A stretch of 52,166 nucleotides of DNA from an uncultured delta proteobacterium (GCA_963771175.1 CAVYSY010000049.1:1-52166); one strand, 5' to 3'; shown: positions 1 through 9,402, counted from the stretch's first letter. Notes: generated by a model from the letters alone, not told the origin. Made by a program: numbers and translations.

Positions 1-245
1 GCGCTCCACGGGCCGAGCCGAGCGGGCCGGGCGTCCGACGCGCGAGGGCTCCACGGTGAGCGCCGCTGCGGCTCCTGGCGCGCGTGCTCCACGGGCCGAG
101 CCGAGCGGGCCGGGCCTCCGACGCGCGAGGGCTCCACGGTGAGCACCGCTGCGGCCCTGGGGCGCGCTCCACGGGCCGAGCCGAGCGGGCCGGGCGTCCG
201 ACGCGCGAGGGCTCCACGGTGAGCGCCGCTGCGGCTCCTGGCGCG
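1..245. repeat. Tandem repeat, about 3 x 80-83 bp
   Basis: Unit GC(G/T)CTCCACGGGCCGAGCCGAGCGGGCCGGGC..CGACGCGCGAGGGCTCCACGGTGAG starts at about 1, 84 and 164. Confidence 0.85.
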
Positions 246-490
246 GGCTCCACGGGGCCGGAGCAATGGCGCCGGAGAAAGGCGCCGCTGCTATTCGCCA
301 GCGGGCGCGCGGAAAGGGAGCCGCGAGGGCTCCACGGGGGCTGGGGGAGGGGCGCCGGAGAAAGGCGCCGCTGCGATCCGCCAAACGGGCGCGCGGAAAG
401 GGAGCCGCGCGGGCTCCACGGGGCCGGGGGAAAGGCGCCGGGAGAAGCGCGCCGCTGCGATCCGCCAAACGGGCGCGCGAGGGCTCGACG
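245..490. repeat. Second tandem repeat, about 3 x 83 bp, sharing the GCTCCACGG core
   Basis: GGGCTCCACGGGG..GGCGCCGGAGAAAGGCGCCGCTGC..CGGGCGCGCGGAAAGGGAGCCGCG recurs at about 245, 328 and 411. Confidence 0.8.
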
Positions 491-664
491 TAACTGGTCG
501 CCCTGCCCCCGTAGGGGAGCAAACGTCAGCACCCCCGGCGTCACAAACACTCGGTTGTGACGCAGGGATGGCGAGCCCGGCTTTTGACGCGTGTCCCGGT
601 TGACAGGCACGTCGGGTGGGATCGGATGAAGGAGGCCCTTTCAAGGACGTTGGGCAGGTGACAC

Positions 665-1331
665 ATGAAGGCAGCTGAGGCAGTCGCATGGTTCGACGAG
701 GTCAGTGCGCGCCAGGTACCCAAGGAAGACACTTCCATCTACCACCAAGGTGAAGCGGTTCGGTGGATTACTGAGGCCGAGTCCGCACTCAGGAGCGTCT
801 TTCCACCGGGTCACGCCGTAGTGAGGCGGTGGGACAACATTTTCGAGAATCTGAGTCGGACGTTCCGCCGCGGAGGGTCGATAACTATTTCGACTCAGCT
901 AGAGCAGTATTCGAGTCCGCGCGGGCGCAACTGAAACAGGGCCGCATCGCCAGTCTCCTGCCCTCTATAGCATCCGCGCTGAGTCGGTTGGAGAACTGCT
1001 CGATCAGGCGGAAGCGCTCCTGGCCAGCAAGTACTTCGTCGCAGCAGTGGTAACCGCAGGCGGTGCCCTAGAGACGTTCCTAAAGCACCTGTGCGAGAAA
1101 AACGGACTGGCGTGGGCAGGGGCTGGCTCTATCACCCGCTATGAGCAGGCTCTGGCGCAAGCGCGTAACGCAGGAAACGAAATCGTTTCCGCCAATCACG
1201 GCAAGTTGGTCACCGGTTGGGGTGGCATGCGCAACACTGCCGCGCATACCCCGGCGCAATTCAATCACGTTGAAGCTGAAGTGCGGATGATGATTGAGGG
1301 GATCCGCGAGTTCGTAGCGCGCCATGCCTAA
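665..1331 (+). CDS. HEPN-domain (DUF4145-like) protein, split by about 2 frameshifts
   Basis: ORFs 665-934, 829-1053 and 1047-1331 join; C-terminus has AAVVTAGGALETFLKHLC and an RxxxxH motif (RNTAAH); lower GC than flanks. Confidence 0.65.
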
Positions 1332-1460
1332 AACCGACCGATGCACGGTCAGTCCGAGAAGTACCAAATCCGGACAAGGGGGCTGGCGGGCTATCCACCG
1401 CAGCGGCGAAACGGGCAGCAAACCGGCCCCCAACTTTTCCGGACGGCGCCTTCTGGGCAG

Positions 1461-1512
1461 GGTGTCAGACGACTCGTAGGGGGCGAGGTGTCGGAACGAG
1501 TCCTTTGACACC
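1461..1512 (+). repeat. Complete 52-bp A-spacer-B element (reference copy)
   Basis: GGTGTCAGACGACTCGTAGGGGGCGAGGTGTCGGAACGAGTCCTTTGACACC. Confidence 0.97.
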
Positions 1513-1827
1513 TTCTCGTTGGGCACGAATGCAGGGGCCAAGCTCATGCACACGGGGTGGCGCCACAAGCTGGCTCGGGGGCATGTCGTCCGGGCGACGA
1601 AGGACACGGCCCCGACCTGCCCGGGCTCGGCCGCCATGGGGGAGAGCACCGGGCGCCACTACGATGTGGTTAGGGTGCGCCGCAACGCCTGAGCGGCCTC
1701 ATGCGCGGATCGGCGGGACCGGAATTTCCGCCGATCCGGCCTGAATCCCCGCTCTTCCCTTCCTCGGGGTCCCGACGCATCCTCTGGTCCAATCGCCCGC
1801 CTCCCGCGGGTCTCCCGAGGACACGTC

Positions 1828-2559
1828 ATGACTCACGAACACCCTGCCCCCTCCCTCCACCACATCGTGCCGGGCTTTGGCGCCGACCGCGCCGCCCACT
1901 ACGATACCCAGGCATCCGTCAACCTCGCCGGCATCCAGGCGGCGTACGAGCTCGGCGTCAGCGCGCTGACCGCCCAGCTCGACGGCCAGGACACGGCGTC
2001 GCTGCTCTTCGTGGGACTGGGCACGGGGGCGGAGTTGATGCCCTACACCCGCTTCGACGTGCCGGGCTGGCGCTTCACGGGCGTGGAGCCCTCCGAGGCC
2101 ATGCTCGCCGTCGCCCGCAAGCGCCTGGAGGCCGAGGGAATGCTCTCGCGCACGCACCTGCACGTGGGCGAGCTGCATACCCTGCCTCCCGGACCTCCGT
2201 TCGACGGCGCGCAGATGATGGGGGTACTGCACCATGTGGAGGGCGAGGAGGCCCGCCTCGAGCTGCTGCAAGAGGTGACTCGGCGGCTCAAGCCCGGAGC
2301 GCCCCTCGTTCTGGGCTGCCGCGTCGGCAAGGACCCCGAGCTGACGAACGTGGAGCTGCGGCGGTGGCGGGCGTATGGAATCCCCCCGGACGAACTGGAG
2401 CGTCGGCGCCAGCTCTTCGCGGTGATGCGGCCCATCGAGTCCGATGCCGCCCTGTTCGCGATGTTCGCCCGGACCGGGCTGGTGGCGCCGCGTCAGCTCT
2501 TCGTCTCGCTGCAGTTCAAGGTCTTCCTCGCGCGCTTCGAGCCCGGAGCCGCGGGCTGA
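1828..2559 (+). CDS. Class I SAM-dependent methyltransferase
   Basis: Motif I LLFVGLGTGAE, FTGVEPSEAML, VLHHV. Confidence 0.85.
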   Translation: MTHEHPAPSLHHIVPGFGADRAAHYDTQASVNLAGIQAAYELGVSALTAQLDGQDTASLLFVGLGTGAELMPYTRFDVPGWRFTGVEPSEAMLAVARKRLEAEGMLSRTHLHVGELHTLPPGPPFDGAQMMGVLHHVEGEEARLELLQEVTRRLKPGAPLVLGCRVGKDPELTNVELRRWRAYGIPPDELERRRQLFAVMRPIESDAALFAMFARTGLVAPRQLFVSLQFKVFLARFEPGAAG

Positions 2560-2618
2560 GACCCGGTCCAGCGTGCATGAGCACGTGGACGAGGAAGCCC
2601 GCGCGAGCGAGAGCCGGA

Positions 2619-2635
2619 ACGAGTCCTTTGACACC
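2619..2635 (+). repeat. Lone arm B
   Basis: ACGAGTCCTTTGACACC followed by TTCCC. Confidence 0.9.
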
Positions 2636-2701
2636 TTCCCGCCTTCCCGGGGTTTGACGGTGGGCGGCGGCCGCAGCATCCTCGCGCGCGAGGTGCCGCC
2701 G

Positions 2702-3418
2702 ATGTTCGAGTACAGTCCGGCCTGGCCGCACGGAGCGATCGAGGCCGCGTTCCCCGAGGTGTTCGTCGTCGTCGGGACCAACAAGACGTCCCACGCTGGC
2801 GTCGACTTCCAGACCAGCCGGACGATGACCGTGGTCCGCGAGGCCGGCGCGCTGACGCTGCTGAACACGGTCCGCCTCGACGACGACGGGCTGCGCGCGC
2901 TCGAGGGCCTCGGCGAGGTCCGCCACGTTGTCCGCCTGGGGGCGTTCCACGGCCGCGACGACCCGTTCTACTGCGACCGCTACGGCGCGACGCTGTGGGC
3001 GCTGCCGGCGGCGACCCACGCCGACGGCCGCGCGACTGGGTGCCCGCTGGCCGAGGGCGGCCCGTTCCCGCTCGCGAACGGCGCGGCGTTCGTGTTCGCG
3101 TCGGCGCGCTTTCCCGAGGCCGCGGTCCTGCTCGCCCGCGAGGGCGGCATCTTGATCACCTGCGATGCGATCCAGAACTGGACGCACGTCGACCGCTTCT
3201 TCTCGCCGGAGTGCGGGGCGATGTTCGCCGCGCAGGGGCTGATCCGCCCCGCGAACCTCCCGTCGACGTGGATCGGCGCCTGCAAGCCGCGCGCGGACGA
3301 CTTCCGCCGCCTGCTCGCGCTGCCGTTCCTCCACCTGATCAGCGCCCACGGCGAGCCGCTGCGCGACGAGGCCCACGCCCGCGTCGCCGCGAGCGTCGCT
3401 ATGGCGTTCCCGGGTTGA
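2702..3418 (+). CDS. Hypothetical protein, metallo-beta-lactamase-like/DUF4336-like
   Basis: SRTMTVVRE, VRHVVRLGAFHGRD, LITCDAIQN, LISAHG; start taken at the ATG after arm B. Confidence 0.65.
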   Translation: MFEYSPAWPHGAIEAAFPEVFVVVGTNKTSHAGVDFQTSRTMTVVREAGALTLLNTVRLDDDGLRALEGLGEVRHVVRLGAFHGRDDPFYCDRYGATLWALPAATHADGRATGCPLAEGGPFPLANGAAFVFASARFPEAAVLLAREGGILITCDAIQNWTHVDRFFSPECGAMFAAQGLIRPANLPSTWIGACKPRADDFRRLLALPFLHLISAHGEPLRDEAHARVAASVAMAFPG

Positions 3419-3429
3419 GCCACAGCCAG

Positions 3430-3551
3430 GGTGTCCACAGCCAGGGTGTCAGACGACTCGTAGGGGGCCCGAGCCAGAGCCAGGGTATCCGGAACGAGTC
3501 CTTTGACACCTCCCGAGGACACCTCCCGAGGGGAACGAGTCCTTTGACACC
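3430..3551 (+). repeat. Element locus with stutter (1 arm A, 2 arm B)
   Basis: A at 3445-3461; B at 3494-3510 and 3535-3551. Confidence 0.92.
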
Positions 3552-3639
3552 TTCCCGAGTGCCCGGCGGAGGACATTGCGAAGCCGAACGAGCGCGGACA
3601 ATAATGCCTGCGGAAGCTCCAACTGATGGGGGCGAGCAT

Positions 3640-5460
3640 ATGCATGAGCGCCTCCGCCGTGGCGGTATCCCTGCTCAGGATGAGCGGAAGACGGTCGCTG
3701 CCCCCTCTCTTCCCTTGACTCCTTCCGCCGCTCCCTCGAAAGCGCCGCCAGAACAGGCGGCGTCGCCAGGGCGACACCCAGGCTTCGACTTCAGCCGCCT
3801 TCCCCTGTTCCCTCCCGACCACTCCCCCACGGCGTCGCCAGGAGTCTCCTCCGTCGGCGTGCCCCTGCCCGGCCCGGTGCGCTCCTACTTCGAGGAGCGC
3901 CTCGGCAGCGACTTCTCCCAGGTGCGCATTCACACCGGCCCTCCGGCACACGCGGCCGCTCGGGCCCTCCATGCCCATGCCTTCACCACGGGTTCCGACA
4001 TCCTCTTCGGTGAAGGCCGGTATGCCCCGGGCACGCGCTCCGGGCGCCAGCTGCTCGCCCATGAGCTCACCCATGTCGTGCAGCAGCGAGGGCGCGCGCC
4101 CCTGACCGGACCCGTCACCGTGAGTCGTCGCGGCGATCCGGCGGAGCAGGAGGCGGGCCGGGTTGCCCGGGTGGTGGCGCATGGAGGCGTCGCGCCGGAC
4201 ATCCGCGCCACGGCCTCGGCGGGCATCCACGCCCAGGATGCGCACGACGCGGGCATGGCGGACGCGGGTGTCTACGATGCCGGGGCGCCCCTTCCCGGAG
4301 GCATTCCCCCCACGGCGGAGGAGCTGGCCGAGGCGCGCCTGCGGGACACTCCCGTCGCCGAGCTGCGAGACGACGAGATAGGTCCCGCGCTGGAGCTGGC
4401 GCAGCGAACCAGCGCCACCCGGCGCTACACCGAGCTGCTCGTCCAGGTCCGGGACCGGGACACGGACTACAGCTTCGGCGTGGGCCTGCCGCTGGCCATT
4501 CCCCGAGGTGCCGGCGGGAATGCGATGGTCACGCCCCAGGTCGCGGTGGCCATCCTGGAGAACGTGCTGAGCGGCCGGCCTCCGTTCCGGCCGGAGCTGG
4601 GCGTGGGAGGCTGCTCGTGGTTCGTCACCGAGGGAAGCCCGCACACGGGCGTGGGCTCGGGCAACTCCATCCCCGTCCAGGCGGAGCTCATCAACACCGA
4701 GGGGGCCATCCGCTTCGAGCAGGCGGAGCTCGATCGGCTCTTCGCCGAGGAGGAAGCCCGTGCGCGCCCGGAGGTCGAGCAGCAGGTCCGCGAGCGCTTC
4801 CGGCTCCGCACGGGACGTGACGCGCCCGCGCAGCTCAGCAACACCCTGGCCGACCGCGTCGCCCGCCAGCTTCGTGGGCTGGCCGAGCGCCGCATGTGGG
4901 AGCGGGTCGCGGCACGGGTCCGCGCCTCCGCCTCCGGTGTGGGCGAGGTCATCCTCCCGGCGGGAGGGCGCTTCTCGACCAACCCGGGCCGCTTCACGGT
5001 CATCGCGCAGGCGGCGAAGATTCGCCTCCGGGGTGGGTTGATGCTGCTGTTGAATGCCCTCCGAGCCTCGGGACAGGCGACGGTCGTTCCGGCCCTGGAG
5101 CGGTCCGCCGCGGAGCTGGCGCGCAGCATGCGCCTGGCGGGCCGCGTCCGTCAGGTGTTCCGCGTTGGAGGGAAGATCCTCATCGTCGTCGCCGTCGCGG
5201 TCGACCTGTACGAAATCATCACCGCGGAGGACCACCTGGAAGCGACGCTCGTGAGCGTCTCGGGCTGGGTCGGGGCCTCCGCCGCGGCGGCGGCCTTCTC
5301 CGCGTTCTGGACTCCCGCGGACGTCGCGGGTCCCTGGGCCTGGGCCGGGCACGGCGTGGGAGTGCTCGTGAGCGGGGCCATCGGTTACTGGGTGGGCTCC
5401 TCCACCACCCGCTACATCTACCGCCTCGTGGTCAGCCACCGCGGGCAGGTCCGGGGTTGA
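3640..5460 (+). CDS. DUF4157 (eCIS core-like, HExxH) domain protein with unknown C-terminal region
   Basis: FSQVRIHT..ARALHAHAFTTGSDILFGEGRYAPGT..LLAHELTHVVQQ; hydrophobic Gly/Ala-rich C-terminus; start uncertain (3604 or 3640). Confidence 0.85.
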   Translation: MHERLRRGGIPAQDERKTVAAPSLPLTPSAAPSKAPPEQAASPGRHPGFDFSRLPLFPPDHSPTASPGVSSVGVPLPGPVRSYFEERLGSDFSQVRIHTGPPAHAAARALHAHAFTTGSDILFGEGRYAPGTRSGRQLLAHELTHVVQQRGRAPLTGPVTVSRRGDPAEQEAGRVARVVAHGGVAPDIRATASAGIHAQDAHDAGMADAGVYDAGAPLPGGIPPTAEELAEARLRDTPVAELRDDEIGPALELAQRTSATRRYTELLVQVRDRDTDYSFGVGLPLAIPRGAGGNAMVTPQVAVAILENVLSGRPPFRPELGVGGCSWFVTEGSPHTGVGSGNSIPVQAELINTEGAIRFEQAELDRLFAEEEARARPEVEQQVRERFRLRTGRDAPAQLSNTLADRVARQLRGLAERRMWERVAARVRASASGVGEVILPAGGRFSTNPGRFTVIAQAAKIRLRGGLMLLLNALRASGQATVVPALERSAAELARSMRLAGRVRQVFRVGGKILIVVAVAVDLYEIITAEDHLEATLVSVSGWVGASAAAAAFSAFWTPADVAGPWAWAGHGVGVLVSGAIGYWVGSSTTRYIYRLVVSHRGQVRG

Positions 5461-5464
5461 TGTG

Positions 5465-6013
5465 ATGAGCCGCACCCACGTGATGGCACGACTGATGACC
5501 CTGGCCGGTCCGCGGGGCCCACTGGGGACGGATGAAGTGCTCGACCGGCTCCGCGACGAGCTGCTGGAGGGCGAGCCGCTCACCGCGGCCTCCGCCATTC
5601 TCGATGCGGTGGAGACACGCCCCGAGCTGCCGGCGAATGTCTCACGCGAGGACTTCGAGGGCACTGCCGCCGACCTGCTGGCGGAGCTGGGGGAGAGGCC
5701 CGGAGTCGTGGACTACCTCTGCCAGCAGCTCGAACGTCCCGGACTCCGGGGCGTGCTCCTGGATGCACTGGCGCTGCTGGCAGACCCGGCGGCGGCGCCC
5801 GCGGTGGCCGCGCTCGCGAAGGCCCAGCTTCCGCAACCCGCCTTGGAGACGCGGGAGCTGGTCAAGCTGCTCTCCGCGCTGGGCTGTGTGGGAGGCCCGG
5901 AGTCACGGGAGGCACTCGACTCTCTTCGTGCGCGTGGGGGTTGGAGTCCCGAGGTCTCCCGGGAGCTGGAGATCGCCGACGAAGCTCTGGGCAGGGTGTC
6001 AGACGACTCGTAG
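5465..6013 (+). CDS. Helical (HEAT-like) hypothetical protein, possible partner or immunity protein
   Basis: Starts 4 nt after the DUF4157 stop; Leu/Ala-rich helices; stop codon lies inside arm A. Confidence 0.65.
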   Translation: MSRTHVMARLMTLAGPRGPLGTDEVLDRLRDELLEGEPLTAASAILDAVETRPELPANVSREDFEGTAADLLAELGERPGVVDYLCQQLERPGLRGVLLDALALLADPAAAPAVAALAKAQLPQPALETRELVKLLSALGCVGGPESREALDSLRARGGWSPEVSRELEIADEALGRVSDDS

Positions 6014-6046
6014 GGGGCGAGGTGTCGGAACGAGTCCTTTGACACC
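5995..6046 (+). repeat. Complete 52-bp element
   Basis: Identical to 1461-1512. Confidence 0.97.
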
Positions 6047-6072
6047 TCCCGGGCGGACTTACCTGAAAGGGA

Positions 6073-6609
6073 TTAGGGGAGAGACCGCGGTTGGCTCGCG
6101 GTCTCGAGTTCGGCGTAGTTGGCGAGGTCGGGCATCAGGCCATCGACCTGGTGGACGTTGAAGCTCGCTTCGCTGTTCTTCATGCCGCCCCAGGTGCCGA
6201 TGAGGCGGACCGTGCAGGTGCCGCCGCCGGGGCAGAGTTCGTTCACGCGGTCGACGAGGCTGACGCCGAGGGCGCTGTCGTTCACCCATATCGTGGCGGG
6301 CCCAAGGCGCGCGCTCTGGATCGAAATGCGATCGAAGGTGAACGTCACGGGGAGCCGAACCGTGTCCTCGGCGTGCGCATCGAGCCAGGTGATGAGCGCG
6401 TCGAACGGCACGAGGTTGGGGCCGCGCGCGAAGGTGCGCTTCGGGTAGGGCGTCAGGTTTCCGGGAATGGGTTTCTCCGTCGGTTGCGGACGCGGCGTGC
6501 TGCAGGCCGCGACGGACGCGACCGCGATGAGAGCGGCGATTGCGAGAAGGGATACCCGTGCGCCGTGTCCTCGTCGGTTGCCTGCGGTATCCAAAGCTTC
6601 TCCCGCCAT
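6073..6609 (-). CDS. Hypothetical lipoprotein
   Basis: LLAIAALIAVASVAAC lipobox-like signal; start uncertain. Confidence 0.6.
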   Translation of the reverse strand: MAGEALDTAGNRRGHGARVSLLAIAALIAVASVAACSTPRPQPTEKPIPGNLTPYPKRTFARGPNLVPFDALITWLDAHAEDTVRLPVTFTFDRISIQSARLGPATIWVNDSALGVSLVDRVNELCPGGGTCTVRLIGTWGGMKNSEASFNVHQVDGLMPDLANYAELETASQPRSLP

Positions 6610-6904
6610 CGTCCACCACCATCGCAGACTTCGGCGACACTCCGCCCTTGCGAATCGCCGGTCAACGGCGAATCTCCGTGCGTTTTTCGGTATTCCCGCG
6701 CGCCCGTGCCTGCCAGCACGTTGTCCACGCTGGGATCGAGTTCCACTGGCCATTGTTCAGGGGCGAGCGGCACTGCCACGATTCCCGCACAAAAATGGGC
6801 AGCGCTCTCCAGCACTGGACGGCTCACTCCGGCTCGGGCGTGATTACACCCGCTCGAAAGGTGCTTGACGCTCTCGAGCGCCCGGGGCGAGCATCGCCCG
6901 CACC

Positions 6905-7198
6905 ATGAACGGCAGTTCTACCCTCCGACATTTGCTGCTCGCGGCGATATTGACTGCCCTGACGGCCTGCTCGACCGGGCCCAGCCACGCAGCGATCGAT
7001 CACAAGTACTTCAAATGCGACAAGTCGCGGAACCTGGAGGGCGGCATTTACGGCAAGGGGCCGTTCAAAAGCTTCGGCCCCGGCAAGGCCGACTGCGCCA
7101 CGTCCGAGTGGGTCGAGATCGACAAGGCCGAGTTCAAGCGGCTCGCGACGAGCTGGTACGGGGTCGACTGGTCGAAGGAAATCCCTTTCTGGCAGTAA
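6905..7198 (+). CDS. Small hypothetical lipoprotein
   Basis: LLAAILTALTAC signal; good codon bias. Confidence 0.7.
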   Translation: MNGSSTLRHLLLAAILTALTACSTGPSHAAIDHKYFKCDKSRNLEGGIYGKGPFKSFGPGKADCATSEWVEIDKAEFKRLATSWYGVDWSKEIPFWQ

Positions 7199-7236
7199 CC
7201 CTGACACCTTCCCTGGAGCGTGCCTCCCACGGGGAA

Positions 7237-7342
7237 GGTGTCAAAGGACTCGTTCCGACACCTCGCCCCCCTACGAGTCGTCCCCTACGAATCGTCTGAC
7301 ACCCTGAGCCGGAGCAGCCCGGAAGGGTGTCAGACGACTCGT
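7237..7342. repeat. Reverse-oriented element (7237-7303) back-to-back with a forward arm A (7326-7342)
   Basis: GGTGTCAAAGGACTCGT..ACGAATCGTCTGACACC, then GGTGTCAGACGACTCGT. Confidence 0.92.
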
Positions 7343-7455
7343 GTGGGTAGGCCCTCACCTGACACACCGAGCACCTCCTGGAAGTCGGGCGCGGTCCATG
7401 CGAACACTCGCAGCACGTGGCCTCCAGCAGGCGGAGAGGCCCGTGAGGAGCACGC

Positions 7456-8229
7456 ATGGACGAGAAGAAGAAGTCCGAGGTGAGCGGGGAGGGACCGGAG
7501 CGGGTGGGGCCGTACCTGATTCAGGAACAGGTGCAGCAGTCCCATGACAGCCAGGTGGAGCTCTACCTGGCCACGAACGAGACGAGCGGGGCCACGGCCC
7601 TGGTGCGGAAGCACACCGCCGAGGAGGGCGCGGCACCGGGGAAGAACTGGCGGGTGCGCCTCGGCTTCTGGGCCTCACGGGGCTACTCCGCCATGGATAT
7701 GGAGCACACCGACTGGGCCAGGGCCCAGGACCATCAGTCGGCGGAGTCGCTGCTGCTCACGTTGGAGAGTGTGCTCGAGGAAGTGCGGCACATGGCCCGC
7801 GCCTTGTCCGACACCGACAAGCCCCGCCTCCGGTGGCGCCTGGGGTTGGGCGTGGTGAGCGCCGCCACGGTGGGAACCCTGCTCTTCGCGCTGGTGCGTC
7901 TTACCTCGGTGTCCCAACCCCCGAGCGCCCCGCCAGCGCCCATGAGCCACGGGGTGCCCACGGCAGCTGAGACGTCGGACTTCCGCGCGTGGCTCGCGGA
8001 CACCACTCCCCAGGGGCAAACCGTGTTCGCCCGACCTCTCCCGAAAGAGCCCTTCAAAGGACAGAAGCGTCCCCCCTGCACGCGCTACACCGAAGTTGAG
8101 CTGGTGGGCGCCTGCTGGATGCCTCACGAGCTGAAGGCCCCGTGCCCGGAGGACCTCTTCGAGTACCAGGGCAAGTGCTACGCGCCCTCCTTCAGCGCGA
8201 AGCCGCCGCCCTCGTCGCTCGGGCAATGA
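7456..8229 (+). CDS. Myxobacterial membrane protein with Cys-rich C-terminus like that of myxobacterial Ser/Thr kinases (copy 1)
   Basis: PLPKEPFKGQKRPPC..ELVGACW..CPEDLFEYQGKCYAP; one TM helix; degenerate kinase-like start ERVGPYLIQEQV. Confidence 0.75.
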   Translation: MDEKKKSEVSGEGPERVGPYLIQEQVQQSHDSQVELYLATNETSGATALVRKHTAEEGAAPGKNWRVRLGFWASRGYSAMDMEHTDWARAQDHQSAESLLLTLESVLEEVRHMARALSDTDKPRLRWRLGLGVVSAATVGTLLFALVRLTSVSQPPSAPPAPMSHGVPTAAETSDFRAWLADTTPQGQTVFARPLPKEPFKGQKRPPCTRYTEVELVGACWMPHELKAPCPEDLFEYQGKCYAPSFSAKPPPSSLGQ

Positions 8230-8320
8230 GTGGTGCGGGCGCTCGCGGGCTTCACTTACAGACGTCCGTACGTGAGGCCACACTTCCCGTGGAAGGTGCA
8301 GGAAGGGTGTCTGCAGGAAG

Positions 8321-8372
8321 GGTGTCAGACGATTCGTAGGAGACGAGGTATCAGAACGAGTCCTTTGACACC
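8321..8372 (+). repeat. Complete element, variant allele
   Basis: GGTGTCAGACGATTCGTAGGAGACGAGGTATCAGAACGAGTCCTTTGACACC. Confidence 0.95.
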
Positions 8373-8400
8373 ATTTCCGGCCGATGTTGCCGCCCAGATA

Positions 8401-8844
8401 TTAGTGGCCCGTATCAATCCGGAGGACGACCGGATTGAACTCCATGGACATGCTCGCAAATCCGACGTCGGGACCGTTCCGGTCGCCCTGAATCACCCAG
8501 CGGGCCACGAGCTCGTTGGGCTGGCCGAGGAACACGTCCTTCTCCCAGGTGGTATCCCGGTAGCGAACCTGCGACTGCCCTGTCAGGACATCTTTGATCA
8601 CCCCAGGGCCAGGCAGCACATACTCCGGCGCCACAGCCGAGCCAACGACAGTCGTGTAGTCCCATCCCGCCTCGGTTGCGGACATTCCGTATTCAATCCG
8701 GAACGCTCGCCGGTCGTCCCTGACGTGCACGCGCGCCCAGACGTGGATATCGACCTTGCCCCAGAAGTCGTTGTCTCCCTGTGTGTGTCCCCGGGGCACG
8801 AACGTAATGGGATTTACTTGCACTGTATGATTGATGAGTGGCAT
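8401..8844 (-). CDS. Hypothetical beta-rich protein
   Basis: 147-aa ORF with GGAGG RBS upstream and protein-like composition. Confidence 0.65.
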   Translation of the reverse strand: MPLINHTVQVNPITFVPRGHTQGDNDFWGKVDIHVWARVHVRDDRRAFRIEYGMSATEAGWDYTTVVGSAVAPEYVLPGPGVIKDVLTGQSQVRYRDTTWEKDVFLGQPNELVARWVIQGDRNGPDVGFASMSMEFNPVVLRIDTGH

Positions 8845-8936
8845 TGACCCCTCCGAGCCAGGAAAGACTACCGGCTCATTGACGATACACGGCCGTCAGG
8901 GCATTTACAATTCAACGGCGAGGACGCTTCCCCGGG

Positions 8937-9206
8937 TCAGCGGAGGGAAATGCCCTTGATGCGAACCACGGGGCGGTGTCGGGAGATGCCGGCCTGGACG
9001 ATCTGCGCGTTCATCGCGACGCGCCGGTCCTGGAAGTTCCGGATGTCCGGCACCGGGGTCACCTCCAACGTGCGGCCAATGAACTGGCGCGCATTCGGGG
9101 ATGCGTCCTCCACGCGGATGTGCCACTCGGAACCCAGTTCGCCCCCCGCAGCCATCTTGTTGGTGTTGCTCTCCCAGTAGATGACTCCAAACAGGTCTGC
9201 ATCCAT
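8937..9206 (-). CDS. Hypothetical protein (start uncertain)
   Basis: 89-aa ORF with protein-like composition, co-oriented with 8401-8844. Confidence 0.45.
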   Translation of the reverse strand: MDADLFGVIYWESNTNKMAAGGELGSEWHIRVEDASPNARQFIGRTLEVTPVPDIRNFQDRRVAMNAQIVQAGISRHRPVVRIKGISLR

Positions 9207-9349
9207 CGCGGCCCCCAGGTTGAGGAGACAACCCTAGCACCGCTCGTGATCGGTGGCGTAACGCCCCATCGCGCGACCCACGCCTGCGAGCTACGGGCTC
9301 CAAGCGCCCCATTCTGTTGCGCACCAACAACATGGGCCATGGCAGCCGG

Positions 9350-9402
9350 GGTGTCAGGCGATTCGTAGGGGGGCGAGGTGTCGGAACGAGTCCTTTGACA
9401 CC
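9350..9402 (+). repeat. Complete element, variant
   Basis: GGTGTCAGGCGATTCGT..ACGAGTCCTTTGACACC followed by a TGACACCTTCCCT stutter. Confidence 0.93.

Noticed and set aside
538..563. 9-bp stem GCGTCACAA..TTGTGACGC upstream of the HEPN gene
   Set aside because: Single occurrence, no U-tract, and no function supportable from sequence alone.
2980..5664. Long antisense or alternate-frame ORFs (also 31239-34586, 10072-11829, 35263-37482)
   Set aside because: Shadow ORFs of real genes, expected in high-GC DNA; Arg/Pro/Gly-rich with no motifs.
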